Assembly (NCBI GenBank): GCA_963748015.1
Contig: CAVVHE010000004.1
Coordinates: 1,504,001 to 1,568,000 of the forward strand
Source of the DNA: Terriglobia bacterium
GTDB taxonomy: Bacteria > Acidobacteriota > Polarisedimenticolia > Polarisedimenticolales > JAIQFR01
Direction of reading: 5' to 3'
Length of the DNA: 64,000 bases
The notes beneath the pieces are model-generated. The model made no database searches. It saw only the letters and a list, made by a program, of their open reading frames with translations, and was not told the DNA's origin. The number at the start of each line of letters is the position of its first letter. The stretch's first letter is position 1. Below, one piece after another: positions 1 to 11,143 of this stretch. A program made the position numbers and the translations under genes.

Positions 1-405
1 GCGGACTCACATGGACTCGGATTTTCCTTTATCGCAGAGGCTTATCTGAATTTCGGCTGGGCGGGCACGCCGATTGCCCTCGCGATCATGGGCTTCGCCT
101 ATTCCGCCCTGTCGACATGGTGTCGCCGCCGTGGAGACCCAGGCGCTTACGCTCTGATGGCAAGCACCCTTGCATTCGTCTTGTTCTTCCCCCGAAGCGA
201 GAGCGCGGCGCTGGTTCGCGCCCTAGTCTGGTACGGGGCAATTCCGTACTTCTTCGCCCGCGCGCTGTCCCTCCGGGGTGCGGCAGTTGTGCCGAGACGT
301 ACCTCGCCGTCTACCGGCCCGCGACAGTTCTCCGACTCAGAAACAACGGTCCCTGGTCGCGCGGATGCGTCGCACGCCTCCGGCTTGTCTCGTACGACCG
401 AATGA
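1..405 (+). CDS. O-antigen/polysaccharide polymerase (Wzy-like), 3' part, truncated by window edge
   Basis: Frame is open from base 1 (ADSHGLGFSFIAEAYLNFGWAG...). EAYLNFG motif followed by hydrophobic helices. Glycan-locus context; ATGA overlap with the next gene. Confidence 0.65.
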   Translation, partial: ADSHGLGFSFIAEAYLNFGWAGTPIALAIMGFAYSALSTWCRRRGDPGAYALMASTLAFVLFFPRSESAALVRALVWYGAIPYFFARALSLRGAAVVPRRTSPSTGPRQFSDSETTVPGRADASHASGLSRTTE

Positions 406-1566
406 GAATCCTACATAGCGTTCACAAGCTACTACCCGTTTCTATCGGGAATGGCCAACGTCGTTGGCCATCTATCCAAACGTCTCGCGTCGAGAGGCCA
501 TGAAGTTCACGTCGCGACAGGAGTGCATCCAGGCTGCCCGTCAAAGGAGTTGATCGCCGGGGCCCTCGTTCACCGCTTCGCGGTTGAAGGAAACCACGTA
601 CAGGGACTTCGCGGTGACGTGGAACAGTACCGGAGATTTGTGTTAGGCGGCCAGTGGGACATAGTCGTTTTTCACGCCGCCCAAAGCTGGACCTTGGACG
701 CGATTCTCCCTACGCTGCGAAATATCGGGGGTGCGTGCATTCTCGTCGGACATGGACTGTCGGCATTTCGCGACCCGCGATACGCGAATTACTTCAGCCG
801 TCTGCGCGATTCCTTAGCTGACTTTCGTGAAATGATCACTCTTTCCGCGCGGCTTGAAGAGGCCGAGCTCCTCTCCTCCGCAGGCGCGCCCGCCCCGACC
901 ATCATTCCCAATGGGGTCGACCTAGAGGAGTGGGAACAACCGACCCTGAGGATGCGCGAGCGCTGGAGGATTGGTGATCGCCCGTGGGTGGTAAATGTGT
1001 CGAATCACTCTCCTGTCAAGGGCCATCCATGGCTCTTTCGCGTTCTGGGCCAACTCGCCGTACGCCATCCCGCCGCGCGTGGGACGATTGTCGGAAGCGG
1101 ATACCCGGCGGCCCGGTGGAATCTAGGCAGGCTTGGCGTCAGAGGGGGATGCTTCTATGAATGCCGATGCCTGGGCCTTTGCGTCCAAGACAGTGGGTCT
1201 GCGTCTAGGCGTCCCAAGATCGAACGTCGTATCTGCCATGAAGGAGGCAGACCTCTTCCTTCTTACTTCTCATCGCGAGGCAATGCCGATTGTCCTCCTA
1301 GAGTGCATGGCGGCACGAATTCCATGGATCGGATTTGACGTCGGGGCTGTTGCCGACTGTGCTGGAGGCATCGTGGTTCGAGACCCTTCGGAAATGATCT
1401 GGGCAGCGGACAACGCCTTCGCGATGCCGCTGCTCGAAGAGACTTGGGCGAGCAGGGCTTCAGTCGCGCGAAAACCTATCATTCGTGGGACGCGATCGCG
1501 AGTCGTTACGCTGAAGCATACGATAGAGCCTTCGGCCGCAACTTGCGACGCAGAGCGAGTCCCTAA
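402..1566 (+). CDS. Glycosyltransferase family 4 (split by about 3 frameshifts)
   Basis: MRILHSVH start at 402; LASRGHEVHVAT, IIPNGVD and KGH in ORF 451-1338; ADLFLLTSHREAMPIVLLECMA in ORF 1133-1648; SWDAIASRY...stop at 1566 in another frame. Confidence 0.8.
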
Positions 1567-1791
1567 CCCAATCGCCCGTGTTGCTCTTCCAGTCACAATC
1601 GGCGCTTTTCGCGTCGAGCGTCGCGCCGCGGTACGCACCGGATGCTAGAATCTCGCCGATTGAGGTTGTCGGTCGGAGGTCACAGTTTTGCGTGCGCGTT
1701 GCCAGCATCTTTGGGACGACTTGTTCTCCGCCACGTTGTCGCTCGGAGCGAGACGTGAGACGGCGCCGATCAACCGCTTTTCGCGACCCGA

Positions 1792-3029
1792 ATGAAGATC
1801 TCTGCGCTTTTAGCCGGTACCTCTACGGTGACCCGGGCCGCGGCGAGGGCTACGAGCATTCTTGTTTCATCCCAGCCCTCCGCAGACTAGGGCACGATGT
1901 CTCCTTTTACGAGACGCTCGAGAGAGAGGGAACGAGTTTCAGAGATCTCAACGCGCACTTCCTTTCACGTGTGGAGAAGGAACAGCCGCAAGTCATTCTC
2001 GCGGTGCAACGCCTTTATGAACTGTGGACAGACACTTGGGAGATCATTCGAGTATTCTAGGCCTTTCGGGGCGCGACCATCAACTGGGCCACGGATGATT
2101 CCTGGAGATATGGGCAACTTTCCCGTCTTGTGGCGCCGTCGTTCCACGCGGTCACCACGACCTACCCGGAAGCGCTTGAGAAGCACCGCCGGGGACGGCT
2201 ACTCCAGAGCCCTTCTGACTCAGTGGGCTGCCGACGCTTCTCGCCTTCGTCCACCGCTTCCCTCGTCCCAATGTCGCTACCCGGTAAGTTTGTCGGCAGC
2301 GCTCACGGTCCACGTCGCGCCTGGGTGGAGAACCTGCGGAACGCCGGCGTTCCCGTGGCATGCTTCGGACACGGTTGGGAAAGCGGCGCTATCGCTGCCG
2401 CGGACATCCCAGAGATCATACAGAAGTCCACCATCAGCTTGAATTTCTCCAACAGCCTGCTCAGTTGGGATGGTCTCCTTCCTCGGCGCCGAGACCAACT
2501 AAAGGCACGGGTCTTCGAAGTTCCGGGCGCGGGAGGTTTCCTCCTCACGCAAGCGTCGCCGGGCCTAGAGGCGTGCTACGAGCCCGAACGCGAAGTTGCG
2601 GTCTTCGACGACCTGAAGAGTCTCCCGGACCGGATTCGCTACTATCTCGACCGTCCTGATATCCGGGACACCATCGCGCGCGCCGGGCACAGCCGTACTG
2701 TTCGTGAACATACCTACGATACCCGGATGCACGAAGTAGTGGAGTTCGCCTTGCGTCAGCGCGATGTCTACTTCCGATCGGCAGGTCTTCGCCCGTCAGG
2801 GAAGTTCGATTGGGCGCGATTCGCGGTAGCTGAAGAGAAGCACGTCTTGGATGCCAAACTGCGTCTTCTCCGACGCATCCTGGTGACCGCCTTCTCGACC
2901 GTATGGGGTACACGTCGCGGTCCCCGTGCTGCGCGCCGCTTTGTGTACGAGCTCAGTTGGCGCTTGCGCGGAAGACGCACCTACCGCGCTGCAGGATGGG
3001 CTGGGCGGATGTTCTACCGTGAGAGTTGA
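1792..3029 (+). CDS. CgeB/YkvP-like glycosyltransferase (frameshifted)
   Basis: MKI start at 1792, YGDPGRGEGYEH, WATDDSW-type segment, FVGSAHGPR, ISLNF, KARVFEVPGAGGFLLT, EHTYDTRM; spread over three frames. Confidence 0.75.
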
Positions 3030-3035
3030 ATCAGG

Positions 3036-3929
3036 ATGGGAGTTTTTGAAATGCCCCGTGTGAGTGTCCTCATGCCCGTCCGGAACTGCAGCCAAACGAT
3101 CGTGCCCGCTATCCGCTCCGTTTTCCTTCAGACGTTTCGAGATTGGGAACTCAACGTCCTCGATGATGCTTCTGACGACGGGACGTTGGACAAGGTGGCT
3201 GCCTTCAACGATCCCCGCATCAGAACATTCATGGCCGGGCCCACTCGTGGCATCTCTGCGCGACTGAATCAGGGAATTCAAGTCAGCCGCGGCGAGTTCC
3301 TGGCTCGGATGGATGGTGACGACGTCTGTTATCCGGATCGATTCGAACGCCAAATCGAGTTCCTTCTGAGTCACCCGCAAGTGGATCTCGTCGGGGCCTG
3401 TGCGTGCGTGTTCCGCGGGGACGGAATGCCCCAAGGGAAGAGGGTCGGCCCCTTGACCCACGCTGACATCTGCCGATCCCCGCACGCGGGATTTCGCCTA
3501 ATACACCCGACCTGGTTCGCTAGACGGAGCTTCTATCAGCGCTTTCGCTATCCAGATCAGCCGTTGGCTGAGGATCAGGAACTGCTCTTCCGTGCTTACC
3601 CGACGGCCGTTTTCGCCAACGTGCCGCAACTATTGATCGGCTACCGAGAGGAGCGTGTCAGGCTCGGGCGAATCCTGAGAAGCCGACACGCCCTCGTCAC
3701 CTCGATCGCACCAAGTTTGCTCAAAGCGCACCAGCCGGTGTCGGCATCCAAGACCGTTCTCGGACAGACAGCACGAATGCTGCTCGACTGCGTCGCGGTT
3801 GGGACGGGGCTCCGTTATCGCCTTCTGCGGCACCGTGCCCAGCCATTATCCAGCGATGAACTGAATCGCTGGCGGGAGGTGTGGGCTGCGCTTGGCCAAC
3901 CCGTCGAATGCGAAACCACTCGAGAGTGA
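3036..3929 (+). CDS. Glycosyltransferase family 2
   Basis: VSVLMPVRN, LDDASDDGT, ARMDGDD (DxD), HPTW and ED motifs. Confidence 0.9.
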   Translation: MGVFEMPRVSVLMPVRNCSQTIVPAIRSVFLQTFRDWELNVLDDASDDGTLDKVAAFNDPRIRTFMAGPTRGISARLNQGIQVSRGEFLARMDGDDVCYPDRFERQIEFLLSHPQVDLVGACACVFRGDGMPQGKRVGPLTHADICRSPHAGFRLIHPTWFARRSFYQRFRYPDQPLAEDQELLFRAYPTAVFANVPQLLIGYREERVRLGRILRSRHALVTSIAPSLLKAHQPVSASKTVLGQTARMLLDCVAVGTGLRYRLLRHRAQPLSSDELNRWREVWAALGQPVECETTRE

Positions 3930-3999
3930 TCTGGCGGCTTCACCGTCGTTGCTTCTGGGCTATGCGATGATCCGCGATGGCGCGCGCGATTGAAGAAGC

Positions 4000-5140
4000 A
4001 TGAGAGCACTCCACCTGGTCAAGACGAGCGTCGGGGGACGGTGGGCTCTCCGACAGATGCGCGAGCTCGTCGAGGCGGGCGTCGAGATCCACGCCACGAT
4101 ACCGCCGGGCGGACCGCTTCGGGGGGAATACTCGAGTGCTGGCGTTCGCCTTCATGAGGGACAATTCGATCTCCCAGTGCGGGCACCGTGGCGGTGGCCG
4201 GGGCTTTTCGGACGCATCCGCAGCATCGTCGCCAGCGTGCGACCTGATGTCATCCACAGCCATTTTGTCGGCACGACGATAGCCGCCCGCCTCGCTCTCG
4301 GAAGACGTCACCATATTCCTCGGGTATTCCAGGTTCCCGGCCCTCTTCACCTCGAGCATTCGTTCTTTCGTCGCGCGGAAATAGCAACTGCAGGACGATC
4401 CGACCGCTGGATTGCCTCATGCGAATGGACGAGGCAGACGTATCGCGAATCGGGCATTCCCGCCAAAAGAGTGTTCCTGTCGTACTACGGCACCGATCTC
4501 GGCAATTTCATCGAGCGCCCACGAGGCAGGCTGCGAACGGAAATCCGAGCAGCACAGGACACGTGCGTGGTAGGGATGGTGGCCTACATGTACGCCCCCA
4601 AGAGGTATCTCGGCCAACGCCGCGGGCTCAAGGGGCATGAGGACTTCATTCGTGCGATCGCCGTCTTGTTGGCGGATGAACCCAACTTGAGGGGGGTCGT
4701 CATCGGCGGGGCCTGGGACGATCCGACCTATGAGGCGGAACTTCGCCGCATGGGGAGCCGGTTGTGCGGAGAACGACTGGTCTTTCTCGGACATCGAAAT
4801 AACATTCCCGAGTTGTATCCCGACATCGACGTCGCCGTTCACCCTTCATTGTCAGAGAACGTGGGCGGCGCCGTGGAGTCGCTGCTGTGCGGAGTGCCAA
4901 CCGTAGCGACCAGGGTCGGAGGTCTACCGGATCTCGTGCGGCACGGTGAAACCGGCTTCCTGGTTCCTCCGAGAAGCCCGCAGCGCCTCGCCGCGGCCAT
5001 CCTGGAGATGATCCGCGAATCGCGAACGCGCCCTCGAGATGGCTCGGCGAGGCCGGGAGCTTGCCCGGAATTTGTTCGACGTTCGGCGCACCGCGCGCGA
5101 AGTTTACGAGATCTACCAGCGCATCCTCGCGGAGAACTAG
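4000..5140 (+). CDS. Glycosyltransferase family 4 (frameshift near 3' end)
   Basis: PDVIHSH, KGHEDF, HPSLSENVGGAVESLLCGVPTVATRVGGLPD. The natural C-terminus VYEIYQRILAEN* lies in another frame ending at 5140. Confidence 0.85.
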
Positions 5141-5144
5141 CGCT

Positions 5145-5759
5145 ATGGGCGGCGTTTTCGCGAAACGCGCACTTGATTTGACGGTATCGGTGGCCGGGCT
5201 CTCGATCTTGTCGCCGCTACTCGTCATCGCGGCGTTGCTGGTCCGAGTCGTGATGGGACCCCCGATCCTCTTTCGACAGGCGCGGCCGGGGCTCCGAGGC
5301 CATCCCTTTTCCCTTCTGAAGTTCCGGACGATGCGACACGTCTCGAGCGATCGCGCGTCCCCCGAAAGCGATCAGGCCCGACTCACCGGCCTCGGCCGAT
5401 TCCTCCGCAGCACCAGCCTCGACGAACTTCCCGAACTGTGGAACGTCCTTCGGGGCGACATGAGCCTCGTCGGCCCGCGGCCGCTGCTCATGGAGTACCT
5501 GCCGCTGTACTCGCCCGAGCAGGCGCGGCGGCACGAGGTCCGGCCGGGGATCACCGGCTGGGCGCAGGTGAACGGCCGGAATGCGCTGAGCTGGGAGGAG
5601 AAGTTCGAGATGGACGTCTGGTACGTGGATCATCGGAGCTTCCTGCTGGACCTCAAGATTCTGTGGAAGACGGTCATGCTCGTCCTGCGCCGGGAGGGCA
5701 TCTCGGCCAGCGGGCACGCGACGATGCCGCCGTTCAGGGGCTCGAAGGGGAAAGCATGA
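5145..5759 (+). CDS. Priming undecaprenyl-phosphate sugar phosphotransferase (PglC/EpsL-like)
   Basis: [47 protein letters not shown] motifs. Confidence 0.93.
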   Translation: MGGVFAKRALDLTVSVAGLSILSPLLVIAALLVRVVMGPPILFRQARPGLRGHPFSLLKFRTMRHVSSDRASPESDQARLTGLGRFLRSTSLDELPELWNVLRGDMSLVGPRPLLMEYLPLYSPEQARRHEVRPGITGWAQVNGRNALSWEEKFEMDVWYVDHRSFLLDLKILWKTVMLVLRREGISASGHATMPPFRGSKGKA

Positions 5760-6394
5760 CCACTCAGGGGATTCGCCGCGCGATCGTGGTGGGCGCCGGG
5801 GGCCACGGGAAGGTGGTCGTCGCGACACTCCAGGCGGCAGGTTACGAGGTCGAGGCGGTGCTCGACGACGACCGGTCCAAGTTCGGTCAGGTCGTGCTCG
5901 GGGTCCCCGTCACCGGCCCGGTGGACGAAAGGCTCGGCCGCGGAGGGGCCGGCGTGGTACTCGCTATCGGCGACAACCAGGCCCGCCAGGCGTTCGCCGG
6001 TCGTTTCCCCCACCTTACATGGCTGTCCGTGGGCCACCCGACCGCCGTGATCCACCCTTCGGTCAAAATCGGCGCAGGCACTGTGGTGTTCGCCGGCGCG
6101 ATCATTCAACCCGACACGTTCCTCGGCGAGCACGCGATCGTCAACACTGGCGCAACGGTGGACCACGACTGCAGGATTGGCGACTTCGCTCACCTCGCGC
6201 CGGGAGTCCACCTCTCTGGCGGCGTATTCATCGGCGAAGGCGCACTCCTGGGCGTGGGCTCTTGCGTGAAGCCGGGGGCGTCGGTCGGCGCGTGGGCGAC
6301 CGTCGGCGCCGGCGGCGCGGTCATCCAGGACATTCCGGAAGGTACGGTCGCCGTCGGAGTCCCGGCGAGGGTCCGAGGCGCCTCCAGCAGCTAG
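5756..6394 (+). CDS. Sugar N/O-acetyltransferase, PglD/NeuD family (hexapeptide repeats)
   Basis: GAGGHGKVV, AIGDNQAR, NTGATVDHDC, left-handed beta-helix repeats, GVPAR; ATGA overlap with the previous gene. Confidence 0.92.
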   Translation: MTTQGIRRAIVVGAGGHGKVVVATLQAAGYEVEAVLDDDRSKFGQVVLGVPVTGPVDERLGRGGAGVVLAIGDNQARQAFAGRFPHLTWLSVGHPTAVIHPSVKIGAGTVVFAGAIIQPDTFLGEHAIVNTGATVDHDCRIGDFAHLAPGVHLSGGVFIGEGALLGVGSCVKPGASVGAWATVGAGGAVIQDIPEGTVAVGVPARVRGASSS

Positions 6395-6454
6395 CACCCT
6401 CCCGTCGGGACGCCCCCCCGCAACCGCTCCTCTCTATTTCGGACAAACATTCTC

Positions 6455-6483
6455 TTGACATTCCGCTTTCGATCCCGTATCTA
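6455..6483 (+). promoter_or_regulatory. Putative sigma70 promoter of the S8 protease gene
   Basis: TTGACA (6455-6460), 17-bp spacer, TATCTA (6478-6483) in an AT-richer intergenic stretch; GGAGG before ATG 6583. Confidence 0.5.
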
Positions 6484-6582
6484 GCAATCCCGAATGGTCG
6501 TGGGGGAATCTCCAGGGTACTGGCTCACATCCATGCACCCTCCCGGCTCGACGATCGACAACGTGAAATGGGAGGCGCACGG

Positions 6583-9004
6583 ATGACTACCCCCAGCCGA
6601 TATGCCCGCCTACTGACCTTCCTGCTCTTCGCCGCGATCGCGATCGAGGCCCGCGCGTTCCAGTGCGTCACGCCGAGGGAGTGGCAGTCGCGCCGCGACG
6701 CGCCGTGGGTCGACGCCAACGGGAACTTCGTGGACGACGCGATCGAGGCGCTGCCGTCGGGCCAGGTGATCAGCGTGATCCTGGACCTCAACCACTGCCC
6801 GAGCGGCGTCGAGCTGGAGCGGTTGAGCCGGTACGGCCAGATCGCTTACTCCGGGCGGTTCGTCAGCTTCGTCGTCCTCCAGAACATCACCGCCAAGGCG
6901 GCGATCCTCCTCCCGGGGAGGGAAGACATCGTCGCGTTCGTGGAGAGCAACCAGGTCGAGTTCGGCGGCCTCGACGTCAGCAATCCGGCGATCAGGGTGG
7001 GGACCAGCGCGACCTACTCGCCCATGACGGTCGAGGACACGTATCCCTCGATCAACGGCCGCGGCATCAACATCGCCGTCGTGGACTCCGGGGTGGACGA
7101 CGGCGTGCACGAGAGCCTCCCGGGGTCGAGGTTCGTCGCGGGGGTGAACTGCGTCCCGCCCAACAACCCCTGCGTCCCGATGAACCCGGACGACGACAAC
7201 GGCCACGGGACGCTGGTCGCCGGGATCGCCCTCGGAAGCGGCAGCCTCTCGGGCACCCACCGGGGGATCGCGCCCGAGGCCGGGCTCATCGACGTGAAGG
7301 TGCTGGACCAGAACCGGCAGGCCTTCTCCTCGGACATCAACCGCGGGCTCGAGTGGCTGATCGCCCGGCAGGTGGCGAGCCACGACGTGAACGTCGCGAA
7401 CATCAGCATCAACAACTGCACGAACAGCAACGGGACCGACGCCAGGTCCGCCCTGGTCAACCGGATGGTCGCCGAGGGGACCGTCGTGGTGTACCTCGGG
7501 CGGGAACTGCGATCAGTGCGCGCCGTACACGGCGCACTGTCAGAAGGTGCCGGAGGGAAGCGCGGCGGACCTGGCCATCAGCGTGGCGAACTCGGACGAC
7601 GGGAACACCGTCGATCGGGCCAACGACGTGGTCTACCGCTTCTCCATGGAAGGCCCGCGGATGTCCGACTTCGACGCCGACACGGCCGACGAGAACAAGC
7701 CCGACCTCGCGGCGCCGGGAACCAACATCACCGCACCGGTGGCCAACACGCCCGACCAGTACTCCGACGTGACCGGCACCTCGTTCTCGGCGCCTCACGT
7801 CGCGGGCTGCGCGGCGCTGCTCCTCCAGGCGAGACCCGACATGAACCCGCTCTCCGTGAAGAAGCTCCTGTTGGACTCCGCGGAGGATCGCGGTGTCGCC
7901 GGGTGGGAGGCGACCTGGGGCTGGGGCCTCCTCGATTGCTACCGCGCCGTGGACGATCTGTTCGTGCAGAGCCGGACGGACCTCGGCTTCCAGGACTGCG
8001 GCGGCCCGGGCCAGCACGTCTGCTGGGACAATCCGGACGTCGCGCCGCAGAACCCGGTCATCACGGAAGGCGTGCCGAACCAGATCGTGGTCACGGTCCG
8101 GAACAACGGGCCGAGCCCGTCCCTCGCGACCACCCTCGCGGTGGGGATCTTCAATTTCGACAACGGCGACCAGGCCTACCCCATCTGCACGGCGGCAGTG
8201 CCGGCGATCAGCAACGTCCCCCCCAACAACACCTTCACGACGACGTGCGCCTGGACGCCGCGCTTTCTCACCGGCACCACCAACGTGCACGCGTGCCTGA
8301 AGGCCGAGGTGGCCTATCCCTACGACACGCGCTTCGACAACAACTACGGTCAGCACAACGTGATGCTGAAGCAGGCGAACTCCCCCGCGGTGTTCGACGT
8401 GCAGGTCGTCAACCCCACCGAGCTGCCGCTGACGATGGAGCTGCACGGATCGTGCTCCGGCGGCGAGTGCAACGGCTGGTACATCCAGCCGGACAGCAAC
8501 GGGTTCCCGCTGGGGCCGGCGGAATGCCCCCGCACGGTGCAGGTCACCATGGAGCCCATCGACGCGTCGGCCTCTCGCGAGGCGCGCTTCGACTGGGCGA
8601 TCGTCGGGGTCGACGGGTTCGGGCAGCAAGTACTTCTCGGCGGCGTGACCACGGTCGCGCGAATGGGCTGCGACACCCGGGACCTCGTGTTCCCGGGCGG
8701 GACGGAACGAATGGCCTGGCAGGGACCCGACTTCTTCGCGGCCTGCCCGAGGATCTACGACGTGGCCCGGGGACCGCTCCCGATCCTGCCCTACCCCTCG
8801 GTGACCGTGAGAGGCGACTTCTCCGCGGCGGATTGCATCGCCAACGACCTCCCGACGGCCGACTTCGGGGATGCCAAGAAGCCGACGCCCGGGGCCGGCT
8901 TCTACTACCTCGCGCGCGTGGGAGGCTCGCTTCCCGGATCCTGGAACTCGGGCGATGCTTCGCAGGTGGGAAGCCGCGACGACACGCTGGCCGGCTGTCC
9001 GTAG
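6583..9004 (+). CDS. Secreted S8 (subtilisin-like) serine peptidase with Cys-rich C-terminal domains (one frameshift near 7490)
   Basis: Signal peptide ending ARA. Catalytic motifs IAVVDSG (Asp), NGHGTLVAG (His), KPDLAAPG and GTSFSAPHVAG (Ser), split between ORFs 6019-9123 and 7547-9004. Confidence 0.9.
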
Positions 9005-9145
9005 ATCACGCCGGCCGGCCGTGCTCGAAGGCGGCAACGAGCACCGCGGGTTCGGGCCGGGCTCCGTCTGCCGGAGCAAGATGGGTTAGCATCGGGGCGT
9101 TCGGATCGCCCGAACAACCCTGACCGGAGACGGGGCCCGTAACGC

Positions 9146-9961
9146 GTGAATCCCATGGCAGGACAACGGAGCGACCCGGCCCCCGTCAGCGTGGTGGTGC
9201 CCTGCTATCGCTGCGCGGACACGGTCGGGCGGGCGCTCGATTCGGTGCTGGGCCAGTCGAGGCCCGTGGCCGAGATTTTCCTGGTCGATGACGGGAGCGG
9301 CGACGGCACGCTGGCCGTCCTGAAGTCCCTCGAGGCGCGGCACGCGGCGGCCGGGGTCCGCGCGCTGTCGCTGCCCGCCAACGCCGGCCCCGGCGCGGCG
9401 CGCAACGCCGGCTGGGAGGCGGCGACCCAGCCCTGGATCGCCTTCCTCGACGCGGACGACACCTGGCACCCGCGGAAGATCGAGCTGCAGTACGGATGGG
9501 TCGAGGGCCGTGCGGGCGTCGATCTCTGCGCGCACGGCACGGCGCTGTGGACCGGGGGCGGGGCCGGCGCGGTCCCGGACGCAGGGGCGGCGGTCCGGGT
9601 CACCCCTCGGATGATGCTGCTCAAGAACCACGTCCTGACCCGCACGGTGATGCTGCGGCGCGACGTGCCCTACCGCTTCGGCGGCAAGGACGTCAGCGAG
9701 GACTACCTCCTGTGGCTCGAGCTGGCCTTCTCGGGCCACGGCCTGTGGAAGCTCCCCGCGGTGCTGGCCTACGCGCACCGGCCGGAGTTCAGCCCCGGCG
9801 GGTACAGCGGCGGGCTCTGGACGCACGAGAAACGCGAGCTGCGTTCCTTCCGGCGGCTGCACGACCGGGGACTGGTCGGCACCCTGCCCTACCTGGGCGC
9901 GAGCGCCTTCTCGCTGCTGAAGTTCCTCAGGCGCGCGGCGATCGCACGGCGGGCGGGCTAG
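9146..9961 (+). CDS. Glycosyltransferase family 2
   Basis: VSVVVPCY, VDDGSGD, GPGAARNAG, AFLDADD, SEDY. Confidence 0.92.
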   Translation: MNPMAGQRSDPAPVSVVVPCYRCADTVGRALDSVLGQSRPVAEIFLVDDGSGDGTLAVLKSLEARHAAAGVRALSLPANAGPGAARNAGWEAATQPWIAFLDADDTWHPRKIELQYGWVEGRAGVDLCAHGTALWTGGGAGAVPDAGAAVRVTPRMMLLKNHVLTRTVMLRRDVPYRFGGKDVSEDYLLWLELAFSGHGLWKLPAVLAYAHRPEFSPGGYSGGLWTHEKRELRSFRRLHDRGLVGTLPYLGASAFSLLKFLRRAAIARRAG

Positions 9962-9983
9962 CCCGCATCCGGCCGCCGGCCGC

Positions 9984-11143
9984 TCACTCCCGCGCGCGCG
10001 GCTCCAGAACCAGCGCCTCCATCTCGTCGGCGAAGCGCTTCACGGAGAACTGCTCCGCGAGGCCGCGGCGCAGCGCGTCGCCGAGCGGCTCCGGCGCCCC
10101 CGCCGCGACGATCTCGCCCAGGGCCGCGGCCAGCGCCTCGGCGTCCTCCGATGGGACCAGCCGGCCGAACCCCTCCCGCCAGAAGTCGCGCACCCCGCCC
10201 ACGTCCGTGGCCAGGAGAGGCCGGCCCGCCGCGACCCCTTCCATCAGGGCGATCGGCGTCCCCTCCTGGCGCGACGCCAGCACGACGAGGTCGGCGTTGG
10301 CGTAGATCCGCGGCATGTCCTGGCGGTACCCCAGGAAAACGACGAGGTCCGAGACGCCGAGGCCCGCGCCTTCCGCTCCAGCGCCTCTCGCTCCTCGCCG
10401 TCCCCCGCGAAGAGCAACTTGAACTTCCTGCCGGCCAGCCGCTCGCGGGCGATCCCGATGGCGTCGAGCATCAGGTCCTGAGCCTTGACCGTGCAGATCC
10501 GCGCCGGGTAGACGGCCACGAACGTGCCCGGTTCGAGGCCCAGCTCGCGGTGAAGCTCCCCCGTGTTCGGCCCGGCCTCGAGGAACGGCGTGAGCTCGCT
10601 GCCGATGTAGATCGTGTGGCAGCGGGTGTGACGGTCCACGCCGAACGCGTGCAGGTCTCGGGCGACCGAGTGACAGATCGCGACCAGGTCGTCGGTGATC
10701 CGCGCCAGCCCCCCCTCGGCCAGGGCGAACATCCGGCTGGCGAAGGGACCGAAGTGGCCGAGGAAGACGTGCCCGTGGAAGACGTGGACCGTGCGCGGCC
10801 GCCGCCGCACGAGGCGGGCCGCGACGCGGCCCAGGGCGCCGGCCTTGGCGCCCGCGGTGAACAGGACGTCCGGCTTCAGCTCGGCCAGGCACGAGCGGAT
10901 CTCGAGCAGGGCGGTGAGATCGCTCCAGGGCAGCGGCGAGCGGCGCAGCGCGGACAGCGTGCGGCGCGGCAGGAAGCTCTGGCTGGTGCGCGGGTCCGGC
11001 AGCTCTCCAGCCTCCGGCTCCCCGCTGGCCAGCGAGACGTCGTAGCCGCGCCGGGCCAGCTCCTCGGCGAGGGCCACGGTGACCTTGGCCGGCCCGCCGA
11101 TCACCATGCGCGTGTTGAGGAAGAGGAGGCGCGGCTTTCCCAT
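9984..11143 (-). CDS. Glycosyltransferase family 4 (frameshift near 10360)
   Basis: GGPAKVTVALA, AKAGALGR, HVFHGHVF in ORF 10244-11143; FLGYRQDM, SRQEGTPIALMEG, TDVGGV in ORF 9984-11399. Confidence 0.88.

Noticed and set aside
6019..9123. 1034-aa ORF as a single protein
   Set aside because: Only 6583 to about 7490 is real S8 sequence; the flanks are off-frame read-through.
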